Assembly (NCBI RefSeq): GCF_036321535.1
Contig: NC_087437.1
Location: 2,542,001-2,606,000, forward strand
From: Camelus dromedarius
Taxonomy: Eukaryota
Reading direction: 5' to 3'
Length of the DNA stretch: 64,000 nt
Position numbers and translations under genes: made by a program. Below the pieces are notes generated by a model. It searched no databases, was not told where the DNA came from, and saw only the letters and a list, made by a program, of their open reading frames with translations. How positions within the stretch are numbered: position 1 is the first letter of the stretch; each line of letters begins with the position of its first letter. Of this stretch, positions 38,779 through 50,103 are shown one piece after another.

Positions 38779-39399
38779 ATATCAGTTATTTAAATATCAT
38801 TAATATCTCAATCAAGAAATCCTTTATAAACCCAGCACTGTTAACCAACATTTACTAAATACTAATAAAGCACAATATGGATTAAACTTATATTAAATAT
38901 CATCAACCTGAAGATTAAAAGCTATCATCTGGACCCAGGATTCCAATCCATTATTTGTACTTGGATCTTACTTAAGAAAGGGAAAAAAAATTACACTAAG
39001 ACTTGACATTTCATCTAAGGGAGGCATGTCATGTAAGTTGACAGCCGTGATAGAAAGTTATCAGATCTAAATCAACTTAAGGCTAGGAAAAATTGTTAAC
39101 AGATTAAAAAAAAACAAGAACAAAAAACTTCTCAACTGACATGTCATGAAACTAAGGACTTTTCTCAGTACACATTTAAGCATTAATTTCTTCTAAGGGC
39201 CTGGACATGATGGGCAATTTCCACTGGCGCCAGGGAAAGTGCTGAACCAAAGCCGCTCATGGAAAACGCAGACGAGGGCGGCAGACAAGACAATGATTTC
39301 AGGGCTGTGCACACAGGCCCCTGCCAACCGCTTTCCAGACTGCGGCTGCGGCTGCAAGCATCTGAAGGACTTCCCAGCTTCACAGTGGGATGTCAAGGG

Positions 39400-39998
39400 T
39401 TAGGCTGCGAGGCCAGCACACAGGGCTGGGGAGCCTTGTTCCCGTTCTGGGGGGGTCCCTGGGTGCCGGGCTCCCGGCCCCTACCCCTCCCCCCGACACC
39501 CGCGGCGCATGGACGGCGGGGCAGCCCGGCTGGGGTCGGGGCGGGGCAGCCCGGCTGGGGTCGGGGCCGGGCTCGGGATTGGGGTCTCGGGGCCGGGCCC
39601 GATGGCTCAGCTGCGTCCGCCGAGGCCAGGCGGGGGCGGACACTCACCACAGCCCGCTGTGGGAGCCCTCACCCAGATCGCAGGTTGCTGGAGCGCGGCC
39701 CGTGTTGAGCACCTGCCCGCGGACCACCTCGGGGCCCCGCGCCCGCCTCCGCCATGCCGGACACGAAGCTCCGTGGCCGCCGCCGCTGGCGGTTGGGAGC
39801 AGGGCCGCCCCCCCCCCCAGGGAGACCCGCAGAGCCGCCACCCACTTGACCAACTGCCGCCTGCCCACCTGATGAAGTGACCATTGGGTGGGCAGAGGGA
39901 GGGGCGCAGCAGAGGAGGGTGCAAGGGCGGGGCTGGGCAGTGCGCGCGGATTGGCTCTCGTGGCCTGTGGGCGGGGCTGCGTGCTTAGGGCGGGGACA
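39400..39998 (-). promoter_or_regulatory. CpG island / TATA-less promoter (MAPK1-derived)
   Basis: Dense CpGs; three GGGCGGGG boxes within 39925-39995; CCAAT on minus strand (gattggct ~39949-39956); 25-bp tandem duplication 39515-39564. Confidence 0.85.
39648..39905 (-). pseudogene. MAPK1: Duplicated MAPK1 (ERK2) exon 1: 5'UTR and frameshifted coding start, donor intact
   Basis: ATG 39755; piecewise MAEAGAGP / EVVRGQVLNT / GPRSSNL / LGEGSHSGL vs ERK2 [40 protein letters not shown]; ends TGTG|GTGAGTGTCCG like MAPK1 intron 1; 5'UTR GCCCCTCCCTCTGCCC...GGCAGGCGGCAGTTGGTCAAGTGG resembles the MAPK1 leader. Confidence 0.88.
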
Positions 39999-40419
39999 CA
40001 TGTATAAGCTGCTGTCTACCCAGATTTCAGAGTAATAGTGGGCCTATATTAGAGGTAGGTAACCAAGATCATTCAGAAGTCAGGTGGCAGGTCAGGTCTG
40101 AAGATAAACATTTGGGAGTCACCAACATGTAGAAGGATTCTGAAAAGGATGAGCTCACTTCAGTGGATACAATAAACAGAGACTAAAAAGGGTCCAGCAT
40201 TAAACTCTGCAGGTCTTTCAAATGTCTGTGTAGGTCAGGGAGAACTGAAGCGGGAAGTGAGTACCTCCACGTCCTCATTGCCTTTCATCTATTTCCATGT
40301 CCTGTTCTTTCTGCTAAATCCTCTCCCTCTTCTTTACCTGCCAAACTCCTACTTATCTAGAACAGCTCAAAGCTATGTCCTCTAGAGATTTCCTCATACT
40401 CTCTGATGGACAGTTGACC

Positions 40420-40900
40420 ATGCTCCCCTCAAATTACCACCAATTGAGTAGCTTAAAACAACAGAAATGTCCTCCCTCTTAGTCCTGGAGACCAGAAGCC
40501 TGAAATCCATGTGTCAGCAGGATGGGGCTCCTTCTAAAACCCGGAGGGGAGGTTTCCCAGTAGCCTGACGCATCCCTTCTAGAGGCCCCAAGCACTCCTC
40601 GGCTTGCAGCAGCGTCCCTCCAGTCTCTGCCTCCATCTTTCCAGGGCCTTTCTCCCTTGTGTCTGTTTCTCTCCTCCCTGTGTCTGTTATTAGGACAGTT
40701 GTCTTTGGATTTAGGGCCAACACTGACCACCCAGGATGATCTTATCCCTGGAGTCTTAGTTTAATTTTACTAGCAAATGTAATTTGGTTAAAGAATTGGT
40801 GTTTGGTAAAAAAGACAACCTTTGGTAATACGGTAACAGTCAATGGTTCTGGGATGAGAATGGAGGCATATCCTTCTGGGGACACTATTCAACCCACTGC
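40420..40900. mobile_element. MLT1-type MaLR solo LTR
   Basis: aaattaccac...gcttaaaacaacagaaatg...ggatttagggcc...ggggacactattcaacccact. Confidence 0.85.
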
Positions 40901-43900
40901 CCCTCCTTTGAGTTTATTCATCTCTTTGTAGTTATCATCAATACAGCACATGATGGAGACATGTAAGTTTCTACTCCAATGAAACATACACCCTCTACAG
41001 GGAAGATCTCTCTCTTAGGGGGAGAAAACTGGTTGGGAAAGCAGAAATGATTACTCTTTTTATGACTAAAGTACAGATATACACTAAGTACATAAACTAA
41101 TATACTGCATGTCTTTGATACTGAAATTTAGTAATAGGGGGAAATTAGGAAAAAAATGTCGAAGAGGCCTTGGGATGGGAGATGGGGGTTGATGGTGAAA
41201 AAAGAAGTTTGAGAAACACTGACCTGGAATATTCTTGCCCAAATGTAGTTCCCATGCCCCTGTAATTCCCATACATAGCCCATCTTCCCACATGTGTACT
41301 CACACACTAACCATTCCAACAGCACCAGCAAAGGGGGCCAAAAATACAAAATATGGCTCGGATGAGTAAGCAGCAAACATACTTGCCATTCACAAGTTCC
41401 TAGATGTGCATTTAAGATTTAACTGGAGCCGTCAGCACAGCCTCCAGTGAGAGCCCAGGCTAAGCCCTCCTCACCCCCCAGTGAACCTGCCCTAGGTCTG
41501 CCTCTGCCCCATGCCCACACGATGAAAGCATTTTGAATTATAAACTCTTAACAGGCACCTATTTAACCACTTAAAGTCTCAAAATCTAACGATTTGAAAT
41601 ATCATAACTGCAGCCATTTCTCCCTTGAGAACTCTATCATATTTAAACAGAATTTCAGTTACCAGAAAAAACTCTTTATAGACAGGAAAAGGGAGGGGTA
41701 GTGATGGGGTGGGAAATGTACTGATTTAATGTTTTATCAAGAGGAAAAGTGAGTGGAGAGAGAGGCTTGCAGATCATCAGTCCCCAGTGCGGTGAATTTA
41801 GTAAGGCAGAGAGCAGTGCAAACTGGAAGATTTAAAAGTCCAAAGTTTAAATATCGCTTTTGTTTTCCCAAGCTCTAGATATTAATAACACCTTTGTGCA
41901 AATTATAAGTCTTCCTTTTTGGGAAGACAAAGGGGAAATTAAACATTTGCATGAATCAATTGATTGCAATTCTGATGGCATTTCCAGCTACCTTTCCTCT
42001 GTGCCATGTTCCTGGACCTACAAAAGACATGACCTCATTACATGGGACGTCCCTCCCACTGCACGGTGTTTGAAACTCTCACTTTCCTTCCCACAGCACC
42101 TACGTCTCTTGTTCCTCCTTACAGTAGCTGCAGGTGCTCTGGTCCATGTCCCCATCACCGTGTTCCTGAAATGCAACTACTCACTCACTAGCCTCTCTGG
42201 TTTTAGTCTCTCTTCTCCAAGCCATCCAGAATGCTTTCTCTCTACTGTCTACCAGACTCTTTTCCATCATGACAATTCTCTGCTCAGGAATCATCTTGGG
42301 GTCCCCTGCTTCCTATAAAATGAAGCCTAAGTCCCCAGCTGGGTTCTAAGGGCTCTCCACATGTGCTGGGACATCCCCCATGTCCTCTTCTCCTGGGCAC
42401 TTGCCCTTCTCTGTGGCCACTTCAGAATCTTCCCTACGGCCCTGTCACAAAGTCACCTCTTTATCTCCAGGGATCCATCATTTCCCCAAAGTTCCTTCTC
42501 CTTTCCTGCTGCTCACCCTACTCTCTCCTCTCCCTCAAAGTCTGGCTCAGACCCCACCTTTGTCACAAGCTTTGGACATTCCCGCCAGTCTTGAGAAGGA
42601 GGTTTAACGCTGAACCCTGTTCTGCCCCAGAACTTCATGCCTAGCATCCAGCAAGGAGCTTCCTATCTTGCAAAGGAATGAGATGTCACATTATATGGTA
42701 TCCCTCACAGGCCTGTACCAGATAGTAAGAAATAGTGTTGGGGTTGCTTTGTTCATATAATATTTCCACCAGTAGAACATCATTGACCACCATTTATTAA
42801 GTATCTACCACTTGCCAGCTTACGTAGGAATTTATATCCTTTAATCCTCAGCTTTCATAACAGGATGCTCATAAGAAGAGTGCTCTACCCCTTGTGACAA
42901 AGCTATACATTCAACTACTCTGAACATAGAAAGCAGAGAGAAACTGAGTCGTGTACTTCCACAAACATATTTTCAGACTCAGTAGGACCTTTCATACTGT
43001 ACGTTGTTTGATATTAGAGTTCATATTTCCTCTGACCAGTAAAAATACATGGTATATGCATTAAAAATATGGAGACTATTATAACCTTGCCTTTCTTAAA
43101 CTTTGCCTTTCCTGGCAAGATTTAGGTTAGTGTTTTCCTCGTGCTAAAATTAGGGATTGAATAGTACAAAATAAAAATTTTGAAACCTTGTGCTTATAGA
43201 ATAACAATCATAAAAATGAGAATTCTTTTTTAGCAGAAAGGCAAATTCTACTCTCACCGCAGATTTCCCAGATTAATAACATATTTTCTTCAAAGAAAGA
43301 AATATCAATGGGACAACATTGGAATGGTAGGGGGGGGGAATTGCAAGAGGGAAGATTATAATAAGAAAAAAACCAACAACCATAAACATTCAGTCTGGTT
43401 CCAGTTGCAACCTGAGTCTTAAGTGGCCATGGAAAGAGAGCTTGCTGTGGAAGTAGAATTCAGAGTCTGGTTCTAACTAGAACCCTCAAGGCCACTTCAG
43501 CCTAAGGCCAGGATAGAATCCAGTTCAACTTCATAACTCTGCACCACTGGAATTCTTCCATTCCAGGTGTGTCTAAGTCAAACAGTCATCTGACCACCTC
43601 CTGTGAGGGTCTGAGATGCTGGACAAAACACTGGGATGGGTATGATGTGTTCCCAGGCTGTAAGAAGCTCATGTTTTATTAAGACACACAATAGTGGACA
43701 CATAATTTTATGTAGGAAGTGCTCTGAGGACACAGAGAAGGGAGCTGTCTGCTTAGAGGAATGAAAACAAACCCAAAAGCTAAACACTCTTAGACATGAG
43801 TTGGGTCTTGATTTCAGACCTTTGGGATTTCTCTGAGCTTGAACTTGGGTAGGTATTGGGTACCCACCTGTACTGTCCCTGCACCCCCACGTGGAGAAGC

Positions 43901-43979
43901 AGCTCTGTGTCATGTTTTTGGTTTCAGGAGCAGAGACGTGAGCCAAGAGAAGACACTTGCAGGAAGGGAAGGGGCTCGC

Positions 43980-44165
43980 CTCTCCCCTGCTGGCTCGTGG
44001 CTGGGTGTCTGGGCTTCAGGTTGAACTGGCCTGGAACCTCTGGGGACCTCTTCTCCAAGAGGAAGTCCTCCTGGAGGGGAGGAGAGGTGGAGTCCTCCAG
44101 CTCCTGTGGCAGGAGCACACTAGTTTGAAGACGGCTCATTTTAATTCCATATGGATGTTCATGCC
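43980..44165 (-). pseudogene. ARHGAP20-like: ARHGAP20-like exon (186 nt), GC donor; last exon found
   Basis: HEHPYGIKMSRLQTSVLLPQELEDSTSPPLQEDFLLEKRSPEVPGQFNLKPRHPATSQQ vs HEYPYGIKMSHLRDSALLTPGSKDSTTPFNLQEPFLMEQLPREMQCQFILKPSRLAAAQQ; donor G|GCGAGC. Confidence 0.92.
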
Positions 44166-46497
44166 CTGTGTGGAGATAAACTAAATATAGATTCAGGCTG
44201 CTGCTGATGGGTGTAATCAAACCCACCTTACCATGAGCATGGGCACCAAACTGATGTGGCTGCCGTTCTTCTAGGGCTTCTGGATAAAGAAGTCTGTGCC
44301 TCCTAAAGGAGCGTGAAGTGCGCTGTCATGAGGGACACCCTGCAAAAGCAAGGTGACCAAGCAGAAGAGTTTGAAAAGTAAAGAGAAATCTGTTCTCAGA
44401 CATGGTGCTTGGCTTGGAATGTGCAGCTCCGTCAGTGCGTCGCACAGCATTGACCTCCCCTGTGTGTCCCTCTGAGGGTGTCGGAGTTCTCCTAGTTTCT
44501 GCCTTGGCAGACTCACTAGATCTGTACATCTTAGGCAAGTTGCTGGCCTTACATCCCTCCTTTTAAATGCTTACCCCCACATAGACTCATAAGGGCCAAA
44601 GTAAATATATTAATAAACATTGGTGCTTAATACTTTTTTACAAAATTGGACTGTGTGTGTTAGGAATTGCTGTGTTCTCTATTGCCTGACACATGTCAGT
44701 TCGACAAACAGATTTCTCATTTTGTCAGTTCAATAGTCAGCACTATGCAAGAGCAGCAGGCGGTTTGTCTCTGTGTTTGCCTCCCACTGCTGCCTTCCCG
44801 TCAAGGGGGCCCTGCCTGGGAAGGAGCAGAGATGAGGCTTCACAGTGTTGGAAACGCAGAAGCAACGTGCAAACAGTGTTTACAGAACCGAAAACTTCAC
44901 TGGAAATCACTGGGACTTGCCAAGTGATTTGTTTTGCTCATTCATGCCTTACATTTCTTCCTCTCCATTGAATTCTTAAGGACCCTATTCATTGATGTGG
45001 GTTTCATTTTTTAAGAAAAGAATGAATGTTTCTTGTCTTTTGTTCAGATTATTAAATATAACTTGGGGAGCTCTTGCCTTTGCTTTTCATGTGAGGCAAA
45101 TGCAATTTCAGTGCTCTGGTCAGAACAAAAATCATGGTGACTGACAACTTTTAATACAAAGGAAGTTTCCATGACAGCAGTAAAAGACAATAAGCTGACC
45201 AGGATAACCAGGAGCTTGTCCACAATTGCGAATTCAGAGCATGTAAAAAATGCCTGCAGAGTGACCGCTAAGGTGTCATCATGAATGACGGGCTGTTAGG
45301 GTTTCTTAGAGCAGCCGTGGTGTGTGAAGCCGTTCTAAGGCTAGAAGTTGTCATCTACAATATTATAACTAAATTAATGCATTTTATTAAAATAAATATG
45401 CTTAAGTGGTCAGTGTTTTTTCTTTCAGTTTATTGCTGACTAACATTTACAAAGATGTCAACATTAAAAAAAAATCATGATGTAGTTGAGGGACTTTTGT
45501 CCTCAGCTATGTACTTGGTGACCCCATGTATTCTAAGACAAGGAATATACATTTCATAGAAAAAACTTGGTGGTTTGGATTTTCCAGATCACTTGAAAAT
45601 GTTCTTCAGATCACTTGAGAAAGAGTAATAGCCCCATAGGATTGTAGGATTGATTTTAAAAAAGAAAGAAAGATACTGCATGTAAGAGGGAATGCTCTGA
45701 GGTTTCCAGCAGAAGTCAGTGTTCCCATTACTGTATTGCGGGGTCAGCTGCCAATCCTGTCCTTACCCTTGTTTTAATCCCTCTGTTTTCACCGAGCTTC
45801 CCACACAGATTTGCTGATCCAAGAATAAGTATCAGTATTTTAGCTAATTTACTGTAATAACTATTTTAGAAGTGTGATCTATGTATAGAAAACCTGAGAG
45901 CAGTGTTGATGAACTCAGCCGGAGAAACGGCAAAGTACAGGTGGTTTAGGCTGTGAAGACTTGAAGGGTCTGGATGTCATGGTCTCATTTTCTTTCTGAT
46001 GCTGAGAAAAGTGTTGTGCACAAACAGGTGTTAAATAAATATTGGATTCAGAGGTATGGCTGGATTTTAGAAGGTCTTGTAAAATAGAGTCTACTTAGTG
46101 GTTAAGAAGTGGAACAGAGGACTTTAAAACGAATACGAAAAATAATGTGAGGAAAAGATATTCCAATTTGTGTTGTTTTCATGGTTATTTAATTAAGTAA
46201 ATGAGTAAATAAATAAATAACATTTTCGAGATAGCTGTTTGTCAAGTATAAAAGTAGAGAAGAAAAGTTCACATTTCTCTCCCCAAGTAGACCATAAGCT
46301 GCAGAATGAAGAGATGTTATCCATGCCTGGGATAGAGTTAGTGCCTGGGATTATTGAATAAATGTATGAATGACTGTTGCACAATCTTTTCACTTTTATG
46401 GGTATTTAAGCCTAAAACTGATTAACTGTTACTTTGAGACTTTAGGGTTACAATTTGTTATGCAATCAGCCCACCTTGGGTTTTTCCTGACACTTCC

Positions 46498-46564
46498 CAA
46501 TGAGTGGGTATGAGGTCTCATTCTTGCCAGAACTGACCCACAGCTGGACATCTGTCTCAGAGCC
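46498..46564 (-). pseudogene. ARHGAP20-like: ARHGAP20-like exon (67 nt), donor GT>GG
   Basis: GSETDVQLWVSSGKNETSYPLIG vs GSERDYQLWVNSGKEEAPYPLIG; donor reads GGAAGT. Confidence 0.92.
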
Positions 46565-48199
46565 CTTGGAGACAAAAAGAGTATGTGTCACTGCATGTCT
46601 TTCCCAGTAGGTACTTGAAGAACACATTTCCTTAGCATTTCTGTATTTCCAAAAAGAAAGAATTTGGACCCATATGACTGCTCTTTGATCCAGGGGAGTG
46701 GTACAGATTTTGAGTTAACAGTGCTGATATCAGTAATAACTCCTGGTCCTTCTTGCAGCCTCCAGCAGACCGTCTGAGATTCTTGTCCCTTTTGATAAAG
46801 GCTGAGGATCTATGGAACCACAGTGCAAACAGCCCCTTTACTTTGTGGGTGGTCCATGGCATAAAAAAATCATGGTAATGCCCCTTCTCTATGGAGGAAA
46901 TGTCTAATATCAGGAGTCCTCCCTTCTGCTGTCTCCAGACTCCTTGGAGAATGTTGGCTTTTCCTTTAAATGTCCCTGCCCAGATAAGCATGTTGTCCAG
47001 AGCCACATACTTTGCCAAGACTGTTCTTCAGCAAGAAAAACTTGAAAGGCAGCATTAACTCAGCATCTGTGAGCAAAAGGAGAGAAATACACAAGAGGCC
47101 TTGAGATGGCAGGGTAAAATCAGCCCTGTGGCTTTGGTGCTGACCAGCCCTGCGCCAGGGAGACAAGACACAAGGACTCTGACCTAGAGAACAAGTGAGA
47201 TGCAGAAAACACTCTCCTAGCAGAAACCCTGCCTAGAAATACTGGAAATTTCATTTGAAACAAGTTTAATTTACAAGGACTGCTGTATTATTTTAAAGAG
47301 TCCTCCAGGGGAAGGTATAGCAAAAAATGTTTGAAATAGTGTTGGTTGCAGGTACTATCTTTGTCATGTCACAATAGCAGGATGTTTTCCCATTTACAGA
47401 GAATGTTATATAAGCAGCTATGTTTCCTTCAATTCTGTCCATCTGAATGTCAGTTCCCTTCTTTTTCTTCCTGTTGCACAACCTCATCCTCAAATATAGC
47501 CACCTCTTTTGCCAAAAAATTTTCCAACAGCTCACAGCAGGTCTAGCAAAACATAAAGGAGCAGACACTTGAAAGCAAAACAAGATGGAAGTGATGTGTA
47601 CACAAATGTCCCCAGATCCGTGGTCTTATTCACAACTTGTCTCCTTTACCAATTCACAAGAGGCATTAGTCATCTTGTTCTCAGGACCTGCCTCAATGGG
47701 ATGTAGCTTCTAGCCAGCTGGCTTTATGTCAAAATTTACAGCAAAGCACTTCATTTAGGATCTATCATGCCAAGATTGAGTCCTCAGGTGACAATCAGGA
47801 TAAATGGGGATGGGATGGGAGGTATCAAGGAAGAAGATACAGAAAGAACAGTCCAATGGAGGAGGGAATATTTAGAATCTTATAAATATTTTGTTGTCTC
47901 TTGTATAATGTATACAGTAAAGAGAATGTTATTAGCACTCTAAAATTACAGCCTGAATTCATTGTGCTATCACTTTCAATTCATTCAGAAATTTATATGG
48001 GAATACAAGAATAATATTGTTGTATAGGTTGATAATCTAGCTTGCTGCTTTCAATTTCTCATTTCAGGAGGACAAAATGTGACCTATCTGTAATAGTCAG
48101 CTATCTCACGATGGGAGGTACATCATGCACACACACACACTCACGAATCTCAAAAATAAAAGTTGGTTTTTAACTAAAAAAAACTTGGAAGTAACTTAC

Positions 48200-48271
48200 A
48201 GTTACTCCTAGCATTGGGAGTGACATGTTGATTACATCATTCACTGTGTGTGAGTTCATTATTGTTACAGA
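48200..48271 (-). pseudogene. ARHGAP20-like: ARHGAP20-like exon (72 nt, RA region)
   Basis: SVTIMNSHTVNDVINMSLPMLGVT vs SKTITVMNSDTANEVINMSLPMLGIT; ttttacag| acceptor and |GTAAGT donor. Confidence 0.92.
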
Positions 48272-49330
48272 CTGTAAAAAGAAAAGAGAGAGAGAGAGAA
48301 ACATTGCTCTAAATTAAAAAAATTAAAACAGGTGAGTAAATAATTAATGTCAATTATCCATATTCTAAAGGCAAAGCTTGTATTCAGGCAGGGACAAAGT
48401 ACAGCACATGTAGAGCACAGCCCCCTAGTTACAATTTATTTTCATTTCTTTATATATCATGAAGCTAGTAGAAAGCATTTCAGTAAAACAGGTGTTTCTT
48501 TTAAAGGATTTGTTGCACACAAAATATGACAGCTTAAGCTAGAAAGAAAGGCTGAGAATTCCCAGAGGGCACATGGGCTATTTTTGAGCACCTCAAAGCT
48601 GGTTCAGTTAATGACACAGTGGGGACATGAATGGTCAGTGTTAAATTTGCTGAAAGTCATAGATGTCTGGTGGTTATATGAAAGAATATCCTTATTCTTA
48701 AGACACATTTAAGTGTTTTAGGATAAAGGGCCATGGTGTATACGTGACTCTCAAAAATGTTAGACACACACACACAGAGTAATGGAGGGGACAGCAAGAA
48801 ATAAGGCAAAATGTTACTAAATAGGTGACCCTAGGTAAAGGATAAATGGGTGATCCTTGTATTATTTTTATTTTTTTGACTTTTCTGCAAGTTTGCAGTT
48901 ATTCCAAATAAAACATCACAGGAAAAAAAAAAACTGGAAACAACACAAATCACAATGTACGTAAGTAGTGGTACAGTTAGAAAAAAAAGTTTAATTCCAA
49001 TAGGAAATGCCTGCCTGTGAAAACCTCTTTATTACAACCCAGTATAACTGTTATTAGAAGGATCCAGAGACATAGTACAGACACTTTACAGGCACTTTCT
49101 TTCCATGCTTAAGTGCTGTCGCTGTGGTGGGTTCTTCTTGCTTCATTTTGCCTAGGATTCACTTTTTATAGATGCAAAGACACATTTTTTTCCAGGAAAA
49201 TACATGCTCCCATGTAGTACTTTCTAAATACTCTCTCCTTCCCCTCCCTTCCTTTCTCCCTTCCACTCCCCTCATCTTCTCTTTCTATCAGTTTCATTTT
49301 GCTAAGTCAGGATCCTGGAATTTAATTTAC

Positions 49331-49415
49331 ACAGGCACAGTCCTTGATGTCCTCAGTGCAGATTTTGAGGGGGATGCATTTTGGCTGGTCCTTCTCTTTG
49401 GCTAGATTGATGTAC
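49331..49415 (-). pseudogene. ARHGAP20-like: ARHGAP20-like exon (85 nt), acceptor damaged
   Basis: YINLAKEKDQPKCIPLKICTEDIKDCAC vs YINLEKEKDYPKSIPLKIFAKDIGNCAY; the in-phase acceptor reads AA and the nearest AG shifts frame by 1. Confidence 0.92.
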
Positions 49416-50061
49416 TTAATCGAATCCAATAATAACCCAAAGTGAAGTCAATGAATTAGCTATTAGCTTATTTCAAATCAATGTATGTTGCTAATGTTTT
49501 AAATATACTTTAAATATACTTTTATATTTTTAAAAACATATGAATAGACTCAGCAAAATCAAATCAGGGGCTGGGAGAAAATATGCAGAAATATTTCAGG
49601 AAAATAAGACATGACCCAGAAAATAACAGGTTGCCTTGTCATGTAAGATTAGGGCAGCAGGTCCAGTCCTCAAAGCTTCTCCTGCCTAGATTGGAGGGCC
49701 CAGCACCTTCCTGGGTGCCCAGGGAGGAAGGAGCAGTTGCTCTGAGAATCACTCCGTACAGTAAGTAACCTGAACTTCACGGACGTTTAATATATATTTT
49801 GAGAATCATGTTAGCTTTAAGCATTATGGTGGAGAGAAGGGGAAGAGGAGAGTGATATCCAGGAAAAGCAAAAATAACCAGAACTACATGTAAACAAGAG
49901 ACCATAGTTGCAGTAGCAGCCAGGGTAAATCTTAAGTTGTTTGAGGGTAGTCTGTCAGTTCCCACCAAGGAGAGGAAGAAAAGTGTGGGGGGCACTGCCT
50001 TGAAGAGATTTGTACTCTTATCATGGATTAAAATTTTGAAATATGTACACTGACAAAATAC

Positions 50062-50103
50062 CTTTGAAGTAACGAGTGCCATTTTTCCTTTCATTTTGAA
50101 GAA
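50062..50103 (-). pseudogene. ARHGAP20-like: ARHGAP20-like exon (42 nt) with in-frame TGA
   Basis: SSK*KEKWHSLLQR vs SPEQKDKWLSLLQR; TGA at 50093-50091. Confidence 0.88.

Noticed and set aside
39259..40001. Several overlapping 70-160 aa ORFs
   Set aside because: GC-rich CpG-island artefacts; only the broken ERK2 similarity is meaningful
44232..44339. Exon-like segment with good acceptor and ATG|GTAAG donor on the minus strand
   Set aside because: Stops in all three frames and no recognisable homology
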